A stretch of DNA of 64,000 nt from Alphaproteobacteria bacterium (lineage in GTDB: Bacteria; Pseudomonadota; Alphaproteobacteria; GCA-2731375), in contig CBDDBZ010000036.1 in NCBI GenBank assembly GCA_965225945.1, positions 64,001 through 128,000 of the forward strand. Direction: 5' to 3'. Each line of letters starts with the position of its first letter. Within the stretch, counting starts at the first letter, position 1. The notes beneath the pieces were generated by a model, which saw only the letters and a list, made by a program, of their open reading frames with translations, had not been told where the DNA came from and did no database searches. Positions 60,720-64,000 of the stretch are shown here, piece by piece. The position numbers and the translations under genes are program-made.

Positions 60720-61916
60720 GACGTTGAAAAGGCTGTAGGATTCCCGATTCACTCCACGACGAGTCAAGAGGGAAATCATGCGAGACAACCCGATCAACGC
60801 CCTGCGTGAGACGCTACGATGCGGCTTCGCCTTTCGCAAGAGCCGTCTGGAGAGCCTTTGCGTCTTGGTCTTCGGCGTGTTCGTCGCCCGGACGGTGAAC
60901 CTCTCTCACTTGGCCTGCCACTTTCCGGGGCGCGCGCGATCCAGCTCCAACTATCGGCGCCTGCAACGGTTTTTCGAGCAAGTCGATTTCGATTACGATC
61001 GCCTCGCCGAGTTCCTGGTCGCGATGATGGGGCTCCAGGCGGGGCCGTGGCGGCTGACCATGGACCGGACCAACTGGCGGCTGGGTCGCCGCGACGTCAA
61101 CATCTTGATGATCGGCATCGTCAACCGCGCCATCGCCATTCCCGTGTGCTGGCGGGTGCTCGACAAGGCGGGCAATTCCAATACCAAGGAGCGGATCGCG
61201 ATCCTCGAACACGTCCTCCGGCTCTTCGGGGTCGACAAGATCGCCAGCCTCCTGGCCGACCGGGAATTCATCGGCGACGCCTGGCTGGCATGGTTGCAGG
61301 AAAAGGCCATCCCCTTTCACATCCGCATCCGATCCAACATCAAGATCGCCAACACGCGTGGTCGCATGGTCAAGGCGAGGGAGCTGTTTCGCGACCTCAA
61401 ACCCGGGGAAAGCCGCATCCTCTCCAACGCCAGGCGCCTCTCGGAGGCCAGAAAACCCAAGGCCAGGCCCGTCTTCGTCGCCGCGCTCCATCTCAAGACC
61501 GGCGAAATGTTGATCGTCGTGACCAACGACGCGCCCGAGGAGGCCTTGGCCATCTACGCCCAGCGCTGGCAAAGCGAGACCCTCTTCGCCGCCTTGAAAA
61601 CCCGTGGCTTCAACCTCGAAGACACCCACATGACCGACCCGGAGCGCATCTCCAAGCTCACCGCCGTCCTTTCCATCACCTTCTGCTGGGCGCACAAAGT
61701 CGGCGATTGGCTCCACGAGGCCGAGCCGATCCGCCTCAAAACCCACAAAAGGATGGCAAAATCCATCTTCCGATACGGTTTCGAGTGGATAAGGCGACAG
61801 CTCGTCAATCCTATCGACAGGCGTCAAGCCATTGAGCTGATTCGTTTCCTCGTCCCCGGAAAACCACCAGTCCAGGTGCCCAGGCCAAAGCCAGCATGAA
61901 CGAGTCGTGTACTGTG
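60694..61916 (+). mobile_element. IS4-family (IS10-like) element
   Basis: TIR CAyrGTACACGAC; 9-bp TSD GTCTTTTTA at 60685-60693 and 61917-61925. Confidence 0.92.
60778..61899 (+). CDS. IS4-family transposase
   Basis: MDRTNW, LLADREF, YAQRWQSETLF..LK (YREK motif). Confidence 0.93.
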   Translation: MRDNPINALRETLRCGFAFRKSRLESLCVLVFGVFVARTVNLSHLACHFPGRARSSSNYRRLQRFFEQVDFDYDRLAEFLVAMMGLQAGPWRLTMDRTNWRLGRRDVNILMIGIVNRAIAIPVCWRVLDKAGNSNTKERIAILEHVLRLFGVDKIASLLADREFIGDAWLAWLQEKAIPFHIRIRSNIKIANTRGRMVKARELFRDLKPGESRILSNARRLSEARKPKARPVFVAALHLKTGEMLIVVTNDAPEEALAIYAQRWQSETLFAALKTRGFNLEDTHMTDPERISKLTAVLSITFCWAHKVGDWLHEAEPIRLKTHKRMAKSIFRYGFEWIRRQLVNPIDRRQAIELIRFLVPGKPPVQVPRPKPA

Positions 61917-61942
61917 GTCTTTTTAACTAAACCGGGCTAAGA

Positions 61943-61968
61943 AGAGCGGGCGCCGAAGGCGCCCCTCT
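61943..61968 (+). terminator. Probable original flagellin terminator stem, U-tract displaced by IS insertion
   Basis: GGGCGCC-GAA-GGCGCCC shortly after the original stop at 61928-61930. Confidence 0.55.
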
Positions 61969-61969
61969 A

Positions 61970-63148
61970 GTGTCCTGATCGATAAATTGATATGATTATG
62001 TCTCTATTTGTTTTCAGGAGGCGCGATTGATGGCGAGAGTGGCGGTGACGATCTCTTTGAGCGATGACGAGCGCGCCGAATTGGAGGCGCTGTCTCGTCG
62101 TCGCAAGACGTCGCAGGGGCTTGCGCGGCGGGCTCGGATCGTCTTGGCGGCGGCGGAAGGGTTGGAGAACAAGGAGATCGCCGTTCGTCTCGAGGCGAGC
62201 GCGGACACCGTGGGCAAGTGGCGTCGCCGCTATGCGGCGGAGGGCCTCGACGGTCTGTACGACGAACCCCGCCCCGGCGCGCCGCGTCAAATCGGCGATG
62301 ACGCCATCGCGGAAGCGGTCCGGCTGACGCTGGAAGAGACGCCGCCGGACGCGACCCATTGGAGCCTTCGCTCGATGGCGCGGGCGAGCGGCCACGCGCC
62401 CTCGACCATTCATCGCATCTGGCGGGCCTTCGGCTTGCAGCCGCATCGCTCGGAGACCTTCAAGCTGTCGAGCGATCCCTTCTTCGTGGAGAAGGTCCGC
62501 GACATCGTCGGTCTGTATTTGGCGCCGCCGGATCGTGCCCTGGTTCTCTGTGTCGACGAAAAGAGCCAGATCCAGGCCTTGGACCGTTCCCAGCCCCTCT
62601 TGCCGATGCGCCCCGGGCAGGCGGAGCGGCGCAGCCACGACTACAAGCGCCACGGCACGACCTCTCTCTTCGCGGCCCTCGACATCGCCACGGGAGAGAT
62701 CATCGGCAAATGTTTCCCGCGCCATCGGGCCCGAGAGTTCCGCAAATTCCTCGACCTCGTCGAGGCGAACGTCCCTGGTGATCTCGACATCCACATCGTC
62801 ATGGACAACTACGGGACCCACAAGACCAAGGCGATCCGCGACTGGTTCGCCAAACGGCCGCGCTGGCAGGCCCATTTCACACCCACCAGCGCCTCCTGGC
62901 TGAACCAGGTCGAGCGCTGGTTCGGGCTGCTGACCGACAAGCAGATCAGGCGCGGCGTCCATCGCTCCACCAAGGAGTTGGAGCGCACCATCCTCGACTA
63001 CATCGACACGACAAACCAGAACCCCAAACCCTTCAAATGGACCAAATCCGCCGATGACATCCTCGGCGCCATCCAGCGCTTCTGCCTCCGAACAATCGAA
63101 ATCGCTGAACAGCAGGCGAAAATCATGCGAACTTCGGAATCGGGACAC
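61970..63148 (+). mobile_element. IS630-family element
   Basis: GTGTCC...GGACAC ends flanked by duplicated TA within CTAG. Confidence 0.92.
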
Positions 63149-63151
63149 TAG
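62030..63151 (+). CDS. IS630 transposase
   Basis: [28 protein letters not shown]. Confidence 0.95.
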   Translation: MARVAVTISLSDDERAELEALSRRRKTSQGLARRARIVLAAAEGLENKEIAVRLEASADTVGKWRRRYAAEGLDGLYDEPRPGAPRQIGDDAIAEAVRLTLEETPPDATHWSLRSMARASGHAPSTIHRIWRAFGLQPHRSETFKLSSDPFFVEKVRDIVGLYLAPPDRALVLCVDEKSQIQALDRSQPLLPMRPGQAERRSHDYKRHGTTSLFAALDIATGEIIGKCFPRHRAREFRKFLDLVEANVPGDLDIHIVMDNYGTHKTKAIRDWFAKRPRWQAHFTPTSASWLNQVERWFGLLTDKQIRRGVHRSTKELERTILDYIDTTNQNPKPFKWTKSADDILGAIQRFCLRTIEIAEQQAKIMRTSESGH

Positions 63152-64000
63152 CAGCCTGTCGGACTTGAGCCGAGGGGTGTGATCTGATTCGATGGCATCG
63201 GTTGATTCGCCCGCGATTGATGGAGGCCGTGATGAGCAACTTCCGAGCGGTGGACCGCGAGACGGGGTTTCTGCTGCCGCCGTCGGTGGATGAATGGCTT
63301 CCCGAGCGGCATCTGGCGCGCTTCGTGGTCGAGGTGATCGAGCAGTTGGACCTCTCGGCGTTCGTGAAGGCCTATCGCGGCTCGGGCTCGGCGTCCTATC
63401 ACCCGAGCGTGCTGCTGGGGCTTCTGGTCTACGGCTACGCCACGGGAGTGTTTTCGAGCCGCAAGCTGGAGCGCGCGACCTATGATTCGGTGGCCTTCCG
63501 CTTCATCGCCGCCAACGACCATCCCGACCACGACACCATCGCCAGCTTCCGGCGGCGCTTTCTCGTTTCGATCGAAGGGCTGTTCGTCGAGGTGCTGCTG
63601 CTGGCTCGGGAAACCGGGCTGCTGAAGCTGGGCACGGTGGCGCTGGACGGCACCAAGGTGCATGCCAACGCGAGCCGCCACAGTGCCTTGTCGTGGAAAC
63701 ACGCCTGCGAGATCGAAGCCCGGTTGAAGGCCGAGGTGGTGGAACTGATGAGGCTGGCGGAGGCGGCCGATGCGGCGGATGTGCCGGACGGGATGTCGGT
63801 ACCGGAAGAACTGGCCCGGCGCGAGGATCGTCTGGCCCGCATCGCCGAGGCCAAGGCGGCGATCGAGGCGCGGGCGCGCGAACGCCATGAGCGGGAGCGG
63901 GCCGAGTACGAGGCGAAGCTCCAGGCGCGCGCGGAGAAGGCCGGGAAGACGGGCCGCAAGCCGGGCGGCCGTCCGCCCAAGCCGCCGGTGGCCGGCGGTG
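63151..64000 (+). mobile_element. IS1182-family element, runs off the window
   Basis: GCAGCCTGTCGGAC left end next to CTAG, followed by the transposase ORF. Confidence 0.8.
63232..64000 (+). CDS. IS1182-family transposase (partial)
   Basis: LLPPS..WLPERHLARFV, YGYATGVFSSRKLE, PDHDTI, ALDGTKVHANAS. Confidence 0.92.
   Translation, partial: MSNFRAVDRETGFLLPPSVDEWLPERHLARFVVEVIEQLDLSAFVKAYRGSGSASYHPSVLLGLLVYGYATGVFSSRKLERATYDSVAFRFIAANDHPDHDTIASFRRRFLVSIEGLFVEVLLLARETGLLKLGTVALDGTKVHANASRHSALSWKHACEIEARLKAEVVELMRLAEAADAADVPDGMSVPEELARREDRLARIAEAKAAIEARARERHERERAEYEAKLQARAEKAGKTGRKPGGRPPKPPVAGG

Noticed and set aside
693-63980. Numerous long antisense or alternate-frame ORFs (e.g. 26539-28590, 41228-43579, 20644-22596)
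   Set aside because: Arg/Gly/Pro-rich shadows of real genes in high-GC DNA with no motifs

Overview
GC-rich alphaproteobacterial chromosome segment. Core blocks (queA-tgt, tRNA-Met, guaA, yfgM-bamB-der, radA-cvpA-purF-SDR, catabolic genes, orphan parA pair, puuE, higBA, GT41 glycosyltransferase, flagellin) are interleaved with 14 IS elements plus one RAYT-like element, about 18 kb (~28% of the window). These comprise IS1595 x7 (five near-identical), IS21, IS3 x2, IS256, IS4, IS630 and IS1182, most with readable terminal repeats and target duplications. Highlights: a modular non-coding repeat present twice directly behind core genes; a RAYT-like element abutting a 255-bp duplication that brackets a cargo gene; an orphan ParA with a Cle-type (c-di-GMP) arginine-rich tail plus an RHH-like partner; an IS1595 composite transposon (outer TSD TTTTGAAA) in the flagellin/GT41 intergenic region; a 16-bp stutter of the guaA attachment core; and several short tandem arrays. 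Many frameshifts and nonsense codons could be decay or assembly errors. All calls come from reading the sequence by eye; no searches were run.
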